From Elusimicrobiota bacterium (GTDB lineage: Bacteria > Elusimicrobiota > Elusimicrobia > 2-01-FULL-59-12): 64,000 bases of DNA. The stretch is taken from NCBI GenBank assembly GCA_041660185.1, contig JBAZWU010000004.1, positions 96,878 through 160,877 of the forward strand, written 5' to 3'. The translations under genes and the position numbers were made by a program. Shown one piece after another: positions 9,448 to 17,613 of the stretch (the stretch's first letter is position 1; every line of letters begins with the position of its first letter). Under the pieces are notes generated by a model that saw only the letters and a list, made by a program, of their open reading frames with translations, searched no databases and was not told the origin of the DNA.

Positions 9448-10215
9448 ATGGCCATTGACGATGAAAACAAAACAAAAAAGAGTCCCTTGAAGAAAATTCT
9501 TCTCGTGGGAGTCCTTCTTGCCGCGGGTGTGGCGATCAAAATGATTTTCTTTCGCCATACCTTTCTCTACGCCGGGACGCTGGAGGCGACGAAGGTGGAT
9601 CTCTCCGCGCAATTGGCTTCGGCGATCGCCGCGGTGAAAGTTCAGGAGGGGGATACGGTGATGTCGGGACAAGAACTGGTGACCCTCACGTGTGACGATG
9701 TTAAGGTGGCGGCGGGTCTTGCCCGGGCCAATTACGATCGCAGCCTGCGCCTGTATAAATCCGGCACCGTTTCCCAGGAGGTCTGGGACCAGGTCCGCAG
9801 CCGGAAAGAGGATTCGGATGTCCGCATGAGCTGGTGTTCGGTCCAGTCTCCGATAAGCGGGACGGTGCTCAGCCGCTACCGCGAGCCTGGGGAGTGGGTC
9901 ACCCCCGGCACCAAACTTCTGACGCTCGCCAATATCCGAGAGATCTGGGCTTATATCTATGTCTCCCAGGCCGACGTGGCCCACCTTAAGCCCGGGATGA
10001 AGTTGAAGGGTACGCTTCCGGAGTTAAACAACCGCGAGTTTGAGGGGATGATTCTCAAGATCAATGATGAGGCGGAGTTTACCCCCAAGAATGTCCAGAC
10101 GCAGGCAGAGCGCACGCGTCTGGTCTTTGGTGTGAAAGTAAGTTTCCAGGAATCCAACACGGAAGAAATTTTAAAACCCGGCATGACCATCGAGGTGGCC
10201 CTTCCCAAGGGCTAG
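9448..10215 (+). CDS. HlyD-family membrane-fusion (periplasmic adaptor) protein
   Basis: N-terminal TM segment followed by a biotinyl-lipoyl-like segment and a beta-barrel domain. It sits between TolC and the ABC genes. Confidence 0.7.
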   Translation: MAIDDENKTKKSPLKKILLVGVLLAAGVAIKMIFFRHTFLYAGTLEATKVDLSAQLASAIAAVKVQEGDTVMSGQELVTLTCDDVKVAAGLARANYDRSLRLYKSGTVSQEVWDQVRSRKEDSDVRMSWCSVQSPISGTVLSRYREPGEWVTPGTKLLTLANIREIWAYIYVSQADVAHLKPGMKLKGTLPELNNREFEGMILKINDEAEFTPKNVQTQAERTRLVFGVKVSFQESNTEEILKPGMTIEVALPKG

Positions 10216-10221
10216 GATGTC

Positions 10222-10959
10222 GTGGATGATCCCTTTTCTATCACCGTCCAAAACGTCCAAAAAAACTTCGGACCTACCATTGCGCTGGCCAACGTCTCCC
10301 TGACGTTTGAGGCTGGGTTGATGCACGGGGTGATCGGCCCCGAAGGCGCGGGAAAAACAACCCTCATGCGTCTCCTTCTCGGGCTCATGAAACCCGGTTC
10401 CGGCCGCATCACGTACTCCCGCGGCGGCCGTCCGGTTGATTTTGAAGCCATCCGGGCGCAGGTCGCCTACATGCCCCAGCAGCAGAGCCTTTACTCCGAC
10501 CTTTCCATCGACGAGCACCTGGATTTTTTTCGAGCCCTCTACAGCATCCCGCCGGAAGCTTACCAGACCCGGCGTCAGGAGCTTCTGCATCTGACGCGCT
10601 TGACCGAGTTCATCCACCGGCCCGCCGGCCATTTGTCCGGCGGGATGTATAAAAAGCTCGGCCTGATGTGCGCGCTCCTGCGCTCGCCCCAGGCGATCCT
10701 GCTGGACGAGCCGACCAACGGCGTGGACCCGATCAGCCGGCGGGAGTTCTGGGACCTGCTGTATCGCCTCTCCGATCAGAAAATCCTGATTCTGGTAACC
10801 ACCGCCTACATGGATGAAGCGGAGCGCTGTTCGCGGGTGCATCTGATGGAACGGGGTCAGGTGGTAGCGGTCGGTGAGCCGCGGGAGCTTCTGGCCCGGG
10901 AAGGCGCTGCCGGCTTTGATGAATTGTTCATCCGGCGGGCGGCGGAGAAGAATCAATGA
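10222..10959 (+). CDS. ABC transporter ATP-binding protein
   Basis: Walker A GPEGAGKTT, signature LSGGM, Walker B ILLDEPT. Confidence 0.9.
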   Translation: MDDPFSITVQNVQKNFGPTIALANVSLTFEAGLMHGVIGPEGAGKTTLMRLLLGLMKPGSGRITYSRGGRPVDFEAIRAQVAYMPQQQSLYSDLSIDEHLDFFRALYSIPPEAYQTRRQELLHLTRLTEFIHRPAGHLSGGMYKKLGLMCALLRSPQAILLDEPTNGVDPISRREFWDLLYRLSDQKILILVTTAYMDEAERCSRVHLMERGQVVAVGEPRELLAREGAAGFDELFIRRAAEKNQ

Positions 10960-11876
10960 GCGACGTCACCGTAGACGTGCGTGAGCTAGTCGTCAAATTC
11001 GGGGATTTTACCGCGGTCAACCGGATTACCTTTGCCGTGAACCGCGGCGAGATTTTTGGTTTTCTGGGCGCCAACGGTGCCGGCAAGACCACGACGATCC
11101 GCGTGCTCTGCGGGCTTCTCCGGCCGACGTCTGGTGACGTTCGTGTGGCCGGCATCGGTTTCGATCATGGCGAACTCGCGATTAAATCCAAGGTCGGCTA
11201 CATGTCGCAGAAATTCACGCTCTATAACGATTTGACGGTCGGCGAGAACCTCGATTTTATCGCCAGCCTGCGGAAGCTGGACCGGGAGGTGTATTTAAAG
11301 CGGCGCCAGGAACTGTTCGATTTTATTTCCTTCGACCAATCGCCGGCGTCCATCGTTCAGGATCTTTCGGGCGGGATCAAACAGCAAGTCTCTCTGGCCG
11401 CTGCGCTGCTGCATGATCCGGAGATTGTGTTTCTGGATGAACCCACCGCCGGGGTGGCGCCCGCGGCGCGCGAGCGGTTCTGGCGGCTGATTCAGCGCCT
11501 GGCCGGTCTCGGCAAAACGGTCTTTGTGACGACTCACTACATGGATGAGGCGGAACAATGCGGACGAATCGCCCTGATGCGGGAGGGCAAGATCGTTGTC
11601 ACTGACAGCCCGGCCAACCTGAAAAAGACGTTATTCCCCAAAGCGGTCCTCGAGTTTGAACCGGCGGGGAATCTCAGCTTTTTGGAAATCGCCGCCCTGG
11701 AGCACCACGAAGCGTTTTCATTTTTTGAACCCTACGGCCGGCGGTTCCATGCGGCGATCGGAAGTGACGCCATCTGGGAAAAGGTCCGCCCGGAGTTTGA
11801 GAAAAAGTTTCATATCCGTCCCATCCCGCCTTCTCTGGAAGATGTATTTATCCGTGCGGTGGAGGGGGGATCATGA
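10956..11876 (+). CDS. ABC transporter ATP-binding protein (second ATPase)
   Basis: Walker A GANGAGKTT, signature LSGG, Walker B FLDEPT. There is an ATGA overlap with the upstream gene. Confidence 0.9.
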   Translation: MSDVTVDVRELVVKFGDFTAVNRITFAVNRGEIFGFLGANGAGKTTTIRVLCGLLRPTSGDVRVAGIGFDHGELAIKSKVGYMSQKFTLYNDLTVGENLDFIASLRKLDREVYLKRRQELFDFISFDQSPASIVQDLSGGIKQQVSLAAALLHDPEIVFLDEPTAGVAPAARERFWRLIQRLAGLGKTVFVTTHYMDEAEQCGRIALMREGKIVVTDSPANLKKTLFPKAVLEFEPAGNLSFLEIAALEHHEAFSFFEPYGRRFHAAIGSDAIWEKVRPEFEKKFHIRPIPPSLEDVFIRAVEGGS

Positions 11877-12994
11877 CTCCTTCCTTTGTGTGGGCGCGGG
11901 CCTGGGCGGTGGCGCGCAAGGAAGTGTTCCACATCCGGAGGGATCCCTTTACTCTCACGCTCGCTTTGGGCCTGCCGGTCCTGATGGTCCTGGTTTATGG
12001 TTTTGCCATGGACTTCAACGTGAAGAACGTTCCCTTGTCTGTCAGCGACTCCGACCGCACCCAGGCTTCCCGCCGGTTAATAGACTTGTTCACCAGCTCC
12101 CATTACTTTCTCGTCAATCCCTCCGGCTCGATGGCTGAGGCGGTTCAGGATGTGACGGCGGAGCACGCCAAAGCCTGTCTGATCATCCCGCCCCGTTTTG
12201 AAAAGGATCTCCTGGCCGGCCGGGGGGCTGAGGCGCAGATCCTTCTGGATGGAGCGGATAACTCCACCGTTGGACCGGTGGCGGGATATCTTAATGGGAT
12301 CCAGACAATGGCTTCTCAGCGGATCGGCGGTTTTGACCCCCCGAAGCTCTATGAACTCCGGACGCGCTTCCTCTTTAATCCGGAGCTCAACAGCCGGTGG
12401 TTCGTGATTCCGGGTCTGACGGTCGTGGTGATGGCGATTCTGTCCATCATGCTGACCGCCCTCACCGTGGCGCGCGAGTGGGAAAACGGTTCCATGGAGC
12501 TGCTGCTCTCAACGCCGATCCAGCCGCTGGAGATTATCGTCGGCAAGCTCGCTCCGTACGCGGTTCTGGGAATCACGGCCCAGGTGTTTGTGTACGTGAT
12601 CGCGCGGACGGTTTTCCAGGTGCCGTTTGTCGGGAACCTGGCTGTTTTCGCGCTGGGGTGTGTGCTGTGTCTGGGCACCTATCTGGCCCAGGGGATTTTA
12701 ATCTCCGTGATCGCGCGCAAGCCGCAGGTGGCAATGCAGTTTTCCATGCTCTCGGGGATGCTGCCGACCAACCTGCTCTCCGGATTCGTCTTCCCGATCG
12801 CCAGCATGCCGCTGGTCTTCCGTTATCTGACGATGATTTTTCCGGCGCGGTGGTTCATGACGATTTCCCGGGATACGTACCTCAAGGGATCCAGCCTGCT
12901 GGAACTGAGCGGGGCCTTCTTGATGTTGACACTTTTCTGCGGGGGGATGATCCTGGCGGCCACGCGCCGTTTTAAGAGAGACCTGGAACCATGA
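11873..12994 (+). CDS. ABC-2 type transporter permease
   Basis: Six-TM ABC-2 (YbhS/YbhR-like) layout. ATGA overlap. Confidence 0.8.
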   Translation: MTPSFVWARAWAVARKEVFHIRRDPFTLTLALGLPVLMVLVYGFAMDFNVKNVPLSVSDSDRTQASRRLIDLFTSSHYFLVNPSGSMAEAVQDVTAEHAKACLIIPPRFEKDLLAGRGAEAQILLDGADNSTVGPVAGYLNGIQTMASQRIGGFDPPKLYELRTRFLFNPELNSRWFVIPGLTVVVMAILSIMLTALTVAREWENGSMELLLSTPIQPLEIIVGKLAPYAVLGITAQVFVYVIARTVFQVPFVGNLAVFALGCVLCLGTYLAQGILISVIARKPQVAMQFSMLSGMLPTNLLSGFVFPIASMPLVFRYLTMIFPARWFMTISRDTYLKGSSLLELSGAFLMLTLFCGGMILAATRRFKRDLEP

Positions 12995-14094
12995 TCAACC
13001 GGACGCTCATCGGTTTTGTTAAAAAGGAGCTCACCCAGGCGCTGCGCGACCCGCGGATGAAATTCATTTTGTTTCTGGTTCCCACCGTCCAGTTGACGCT
13101 CTTCGGGGTGGCGATCTCCAGCGAAGTCAAAAACATCCGCCTGGCCGTGGTCTTTGATTCCAAAGACACGGTGATGCGCGACATTTATGAGCGAAGCCTC
13201 GCCAGCGGGTGGTTCATTCCGGCTCGGACATCGGGAGAGAATCCGTTTACGATGATTCAGGATGGGAAGGCGGATGCGGTGCTCTTGCCGCCGCCGGGCG
13301 GTTTCACGCGGGCCCTCGGGCGCGGAGATGCCAAACTGCAGCTCCTGGTGGAATCGACCAACGTCACCCAGGCGCAAGCGGTTGAAAATTATATGCAGGC
13401 CATTGTCCGGCAGACGGTGCGGGATGATCTTCGGCTCACGCTGCCGGAGCCTCCGATCCGCTTTGATGTTCGCGTCCTGTTCAACCCGTCGTTGCAGTCG
13501 GTCATCTTCATGGTGCCGGGCGTGATGTGCATGGTCATGCTGATGACCACGATGATTCTTACCAACGTGGCGATCGTACGCGAAAAAGAGATGGGCACGT
13601 TTGAAATGCTCATTTCCGCGCCGGTGTCCCGGGCCGAAGTCATCTACGGGAAAACGATTCCCTATGTCGTGATCGGCATGGCCGGACTGCCGCTCCTGTT
13701 AGGCGTCGCGATATTGGTGTTTCATGTCCCGATGAGGGGGTCCTTTTGGGTTCTGAGTGGGGCGTCATTGGCCTTTGTCTGTACAACGGTAGCGATCGGA
13801 ACGCTGATTTCTACCTTTTGCCAGAACCAGCAGCAGGCAAGCATGGCCGGCTTTCTGGTCATGTTCCCATTCTTGATGTTCTCGGGACTCTTTTTCCCGA
13901 TCGAAAATATGCCGGGGTCCATCCGGTGGATGGCGTATCTGGATCCGCTGGCCCATTACCTGGGTCTTTTGCGTAACATTATGCTCAAAGGCGGAGACGT
14001 CCGGTATGTGGGGGTGCACGTGGCTTCCCTGGCCGCCATGGCGGTGGCGAGTATTGTCATCAGCTTCCGGCGGTTCCATACCACGCTGGGGTAG
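12991..14094 (+). CDS. ABC-2 type transporter permease (paralogue)
   Basis: Homologous to the preceding permease. ATGA overlap. Confidence 0.8.
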   Translation: MINRTLIGFVKKELTQALRDPRMKFILFLVPTVQLTLFGVAISSEVKNIRLAVVFDSKDTVMRDIYERSLASGWFIPARTSGENPFTMIQDGKADAVLLPPPGGFTRALGRGDAKLQLLVESTNVTQAQAVENYMQAIVRQTVRDDLRLTLPEPPIRFDVRVLFNPSLQSVIFMVPGVMCMVMLMTTMILTNVAIVREKEMGTFEMLISAPVSRAEVIYGKTIPYVVIGMAGLPLLLGVAILVFHVPMRGSFWVLSGASLAFVCTTVAIGTLISTFCQNQQQASMAGFLVMFPFLMFSGLFFPIENMPGSIRWMAYLDPLAHYLGLLRNIMLKGGDVRYVGVHVASLAAMAVASIVISFRRFHTTLG

Positions 14095-14288
14095 GGAGGG
14101 AGCCGCCCTGGATTTCCGACCCGTGGCGTGCGGTTTCTTTTTCGGCGATTCGGCTCAGACCGCCCGCGAACTCGTGGAATGCTCCTGGAGTTCGCCTTTG
14201 GCGACCGAGCCAGCGCGGGCGTAAAGCGTCTTCGCCGAATCGCTTGAAACCGCAAGGCCACTCTCGTAAACCCAGGGCGGCTCCCTCC
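14094..14288. repeat. long-hairpin element, family LH, copy 2
   Basis: The core aligns to 5015-5199. The terminal arms differ (GGGAGCCGCCCTGG / CCAGGGCGGCTCCC) but still pair. The internal stem also carries compensatory changes (GATTCGGC/GCCGAATC versus GTCTCGGC/GCCGAGAC). Confidence 0.75.
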
Positions 14289-14308
14289 TCTTGAAGATAT
14301 ATGCATCC

Positions 14309-14504
14309 GGAGACCCAGGGAGGGGTCTGCTGGAGGCGACCCTCTGAGGCGCGACGGACCGGACCCGAGGTTATTGACCGGCGATGGCTGGTTCACCGAA
14401 GGTGAACTAAAAAGGGTATTCCCCTAGTTTCGCCGGGCTTCGGGTCCGGGACGGCGATAAACGCCGAAGCCTAGTCGCCGGAAGAAGGCCCCTCCCTGGG
14501 TCTC
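14309..14504 (+). ncRNA. candidate structured RNA or unique long-hairpin element (about 196 nt, closed by a perfect 17-bp stem)
   Basis: GGAGACCCAGGGAGGGG at 14309 pairs perfectly with CCCCTCCCTGGGTCTCC at 14488. Internal nested stems (CCGGACCCGA/TCGGGTCCGG, GTTCACC/GGTGAAC) give an extended imperfect hairpin. No second copy is present in the window. 6S RNA is one hypothesis. Confidence 0.3.
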
Positions 14505-14570
14505 CGGAAACGCTCCTTGCCAATGGTGAAGGGCGAAGAACCGGAATAGATTTGCTATAAAGGAAGCGGC

Positions 14571-15209
14571 ATGATTATTACGATTCTCTCTGACGCGGAA
14601 AGCTGGAAAAACGCCTACATCCCGGAACTGATTCACGATTTAAAAGCGCGGAAGCATCGCGTGCGATGGGTTCATCGCGCGGCAGATGTTCCACTTGGCG
14701 AACTGGCCTTTATTCTTGGATTTTTCCAGATCGTTCCCTCAAAAGTCCTCTCCCGGAATAAGCACAATCTGGTTGTCCACGAAAGTCGGTTGCCCAAAGG
14801 CCGGGGATGGTCTCCTATGACTTGGCAAGTGCTCGAAGGGTCTAACCGGATTCACCTGACGCTTTTTGAAGCGGTGGAAAAAGTGGACGCCGGGACCGTC
14901 TATCTGCGTGGAGAGGTTCCGCTCAAAGGGCATGAGCTCCTGGTGGAAATCCGCGAAAAGACCATTCGGGAAATGCTGCGGCTCTGCCGGACGTTTGTGA
15001 AACAATACCCGGCCCTGATCGCTCGCGGGAAGCCTCAGACAGGCCGGCCAACTTTTTACGCGCGGCGAAAAGCCTCTGACAGCCGGCTGGACCCCCGGAA
15101 ATCCATTGAAAAGCAGTTCAATCTTCTCCGCATGGTCGATAACGAAAGTTACCCGGCCTTCTTCGAACTCAAAGGCCACACCTACCGCCTCAAAATCGAA
15201 AAGAAATAA
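14571..15209 (+). CDS. formyltransferase-family protein (N-terminal formyl-transferase domain only)
   Basis: HESRLPKGRGWSP matches the HxSLLPxxRG formyltransferase catalytic motif. At 212 aa it lacks the Fmt C-terminal domain. Confidence 0.7.
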   Translation: MIITILSDAESWKNAYIPELIHDLKARKHRVRWVHRAADVPLGELAFILGFFQIVPSKVLSRNKHNLVVHESRLPKGRGWSPMTWQVLEGSNRIHLTLFEAVEKVDAGTVYLRGEVPLKGHELLVEIREKTIREMLRLCRTFVKQYPALIARGKPQTGRPTFYARRKASDSRLDPRKSIEKQFNLLRMVDNESYPAFFELKGHTYRLKIEKK

Positions 15210-15217
15210 TTGGATTC

Positions 15218-15241
15218 GTAGGGGCGCACCGCTGTGCGCCC
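15218..15241. repeat. REP family 1, single unit
   Basis: GTAGGGGCGCACCGCTGTGCGCCC lies immediately after the formyltransferase stop. Confidence 0.8.
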
Positions 15242-15909
15242 GCAGCTCTTGGTTTGCCCCGCGGTCTCTGGCGGCCCCGACCTCCCGTTGCCGTTTTGCT
15301 TGACGGGGCTGCACCGACTGTTTGACTCAACAGGTGGACGGTGCGGGGGGATCCATCAAGTGGTGCTCGGTGCGCCGCCCCGCACATCGCGCTCCAACCG
15401 GCCTGACAGCTCCGTCTTGTCCGCTCGAGCAGCCTGCGGAACTCAGCGCCAGAAGTCTGGCGCTTCAGACAGTCCTCGGCTGACCCGCTCTCGCTCCCAA
15501 GCCGCAGGCCTCACGTCGCGCTTCTGCGCAGGGCGGCCCCCTCGCAATAAAGATGATCCCTTTTGGGAACCACCGGCCGTTCTGTTGCGGGGGTCCGATT
15601 TTGACTTAACTGGTAGGTCGCCCTTACCGTTGGAGAACATACCGATTGTGACACGTTCGTACACCCTCCGAATGCCGAAGTATCATCACCGCCGATACGC
15701 CGCCGCCCTAACGGGCCGATAAACGGTGGTGTCGAACACCACACCAGCGGTGTGCTATCACCTGGATCCGCCATGATCTACGGAAAGACGATTTTACGTG
15801 AAATCACGTCGTTGATGGGCTCGCGTCGGAAATGGTGTAATCTTGACAGTTGTGTGTTGACCGGGAGGCGCTGGCGCGCTCTCGCGTAACCGTAGGAGGA
15901 TCAATAGCC

Positions 15910-16251
15910 ATGGATATCTTCCTGAGCCATAGTAACCACGCCGACGACTTGCCTCTGATTAATATGCTGTCATTGGCTTTTAAGGTGCTCGGAATCAATC
16001 TCCACGTTGTCGAACGAGCTCCGCGCCCCGGCAAAGCTATCGGAGAGAAGATCGTTCAGACAATGGACGCCTGCGACGAGGTGCTTGTCCTGTATACGAA
16101 TCATGCTCAGGGACGCCAAGATGTTGAGGCTGAAATCGGTTTGGCCAAGGCCAGCAGCAGGCCGGCTCCTCCCGTTTTCATTACGGAATTCCCGGCGAAT
16201 AAGCCAGCTCTCGTTCAGGGCTGTGAGGAGGGGGTGAGGGGACGGGGGTGA
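15910..16251 (+). CDS. standalone TIR-like (DUF1863/TIR_2-like) domain protein, about 113 aa
   Basis: Starts MDIFLSHSNHADD, then LVLYTNHAQ, a pattern typical of TIR-like folds. GGAGGA lies 8 nt upstream of the ATG. The track ORF starts earlier at 15850. Confidence 0.45.
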   Translation: MDIFLSHSNHADDLPLINMLSLAFKVLGINLHVVERAPRPGKAIGEKIVQTMDACDEVLVLYTNHAQGRQDVEAEIGLAKASSRPAPPVFITEFPANKPALVQGCEEGVRGRG

Positions 16252-16268
16252 GGGGACGTAGTTGCAGC
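16230..16268. repeat. REP family 2-like half element with an internal tandem duplication (GGGGGTGAGGGGACG x2, then AGGGGACGTAGTTGC)
   Basis: Matches the left arm of the family 2 elements at 48109, 56246 and 61638. Confidence 0.55.
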
Positions 16269-16380
16269 TTTGCATCTTCGATCGCTGCCCACCTGGTCAT
16301 CTGCCCGGCAATCACTCCCGCGCCAACAACCTAATTGCCTAAGAACGTCCCTGGTGTTCCCGTCAGATGGCGCCCGGAGA

Positions 16381-16480
16381 GGGTGTCTCACGAGGTGTCT
16401 CAAAGAGTGTCCCACTTTGCCAGAAGTGTCTCAAATGAGACACCTCCAAGAACGCATCTAAAATAAGACCAATTTGAATG
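16381..16480. promoter_or_regulatory. operator-like array: a perfect palindrome GTGTCTCA-AAT-TGAGACAC (16426-16443) plus at least 4 further GTGTCTCA-like half-sites
   Basis: The motif copies are visible directly. A TATAAT-containing AT-rich stretch at 16553-16566 follows, then the HTH gene. Confidence 0.55.
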
Positions 16481-16613
16481 TGGGGGTGTATCAAGGTGTT
16501 TCAGAGGTGTCTCACCGGTTGGGGGCATGGGGCGTTGTCTCCTTGCTGAATTGTCTATTATAATATACAGTCTTCAGGTTCCCTTACTAGATGGATTATC
16601 TCAGGAGAATCAC

Positions 16614-16931
16614 ATGAAACCAATGATCAATCATCGAAAATTCCTTCTTGAAGATCTGAAAGATCCGGCTGAAGCAGCCGGATACCTGAATGCTGTCCTG
16701 GAAACCGGACACCGGGACGCCTTTCTTTCTGCTTTACGGGATGTCGCGGCGGCGCAGGGGGGGCTTTCCAAGCTGGCTCGCCAAACCAAACTTCATCGCC
16801 AAACAATCCATCGCATGCTCTCCAAAAATGGCAACCCTGAAATCGTCAGCTTGGAAAAAGTCCTCGAAGCCATGGGCCTGCGGTTCTTTGTTGGTGTTAA
16901 CCCGTCTGCGAAACTTCCCCGAGCTGCCTGA
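16614..16931 (+). CDS. HigA-like 'addiction module antidote' HTH DNA-binding protein, orphan (no killer gene upstream)
   Basis: MKPMINHRKFLLEDLKDPAEAAGYLNAVLETG...LSKLARQTKLHRQTIHRML matches the antidote-protein family pattern. The Met at 16614 is in a good context. Confidence 0.6.
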   Translation: MKPMINHRKFLLEDLKDPAEAAGYLNAVLETGHRDAFLSALRDVAAAQGGLSKLARQTKLHRQTIHRMLSKNGNPEIVSLEKVLEAMGLRFFVGVNPSAKLPRAA

Positions 16932-16932
16932 A

Positions 16933-17508
16933 TCAGGGTTTTGGGGCGGGGAATTGGTCGATGGCTTTGTTGAGGGCCCGATTGAGCTCGGGATAATTGC
17001 AAGCCACGTCGCGCAGGTCTTCGAAACGGGAACGGCCTTCTTCCATTGCCTTGGCGGTGCTTCCTTCCTTCCGGACATAACCGTTAATAAAAAGAATTCC
17101 TGCCTGAACGTAAATCGTGGCGGCCTGGTGGCGTTCGGCGCGAAGTTTCTTGCGGGCGCTCTTGGTGCGGCGCCGAATCGTCATCAAGTCATCATACGCC
17201 TCCAGCGCGGTGTCGGAGGAGGCTTCAAATTCGCCTTTGTCCGAGAGGGCCTGCGCCCGCGCCAGCTCTTCGCGGGCCAGATCATAAGCGGGTTTTTCAG
17301 GGAAGTTGGTGACGGGTGTTACGGGTTGCGTCGACCGGTACAGCGCCGCGTTGCGGGGGATAATGCCTTTTTCCTCACCTTCCTCATCGGGGGGTGCGGA
17401 TTCCTCCTCCTGTCCCTGAGGCGCCGGAACAGGCGCGTCTTCTTCCGCGGCCCGGACAACGGGAGCCACGGCCATCAGCCAGAGGAAAGTCAGGAGCCAG
17501 CGGTTCAT
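16933..17508 (-). CDS. hypothetical secreted protein with an acidic Pro/Glu-rich linker
   Basis: Signal peptide LLTFLWLMAVAPVVRA. No recognisable domain. Confidence 0.55.
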   Translation of the reverse strand: MNRWLLTFLWLMAVAPVVRAAEEDAPVPAPQGQEEESAPPDEEGEEKGIIPRNAALYRSTQPVTPVTNFPEKPAYDLAREELARAQALSDKGEFEASSDTALEAYDDLMTIRRRTKSARKKLRAERHQAATIYVQAGILFINGYVRKEGSTAKAMEEGRSRFEDLRDVACNYPELNRALNKAIDQFPAPKP

Positions 17509-17613
17509 GCGAATGCGAGTATTATATAATCGGTGCCAACCTTTAGCACGATCGGCTGAATGCCGATCGTTTTGCTAATGGCCATCGCAACCATAGAAAA
17601 TAGGAGAGCGAAG

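Noticed and set aside
15234-15722. 162-aa ORF in the non-coding stretch after the formyltransferase gene
   Set aside because: Arg/Ser/Pro-rich low-complexity translation with no RBS and no motif. Treated as non-coding, although the region itself remains unexplained.
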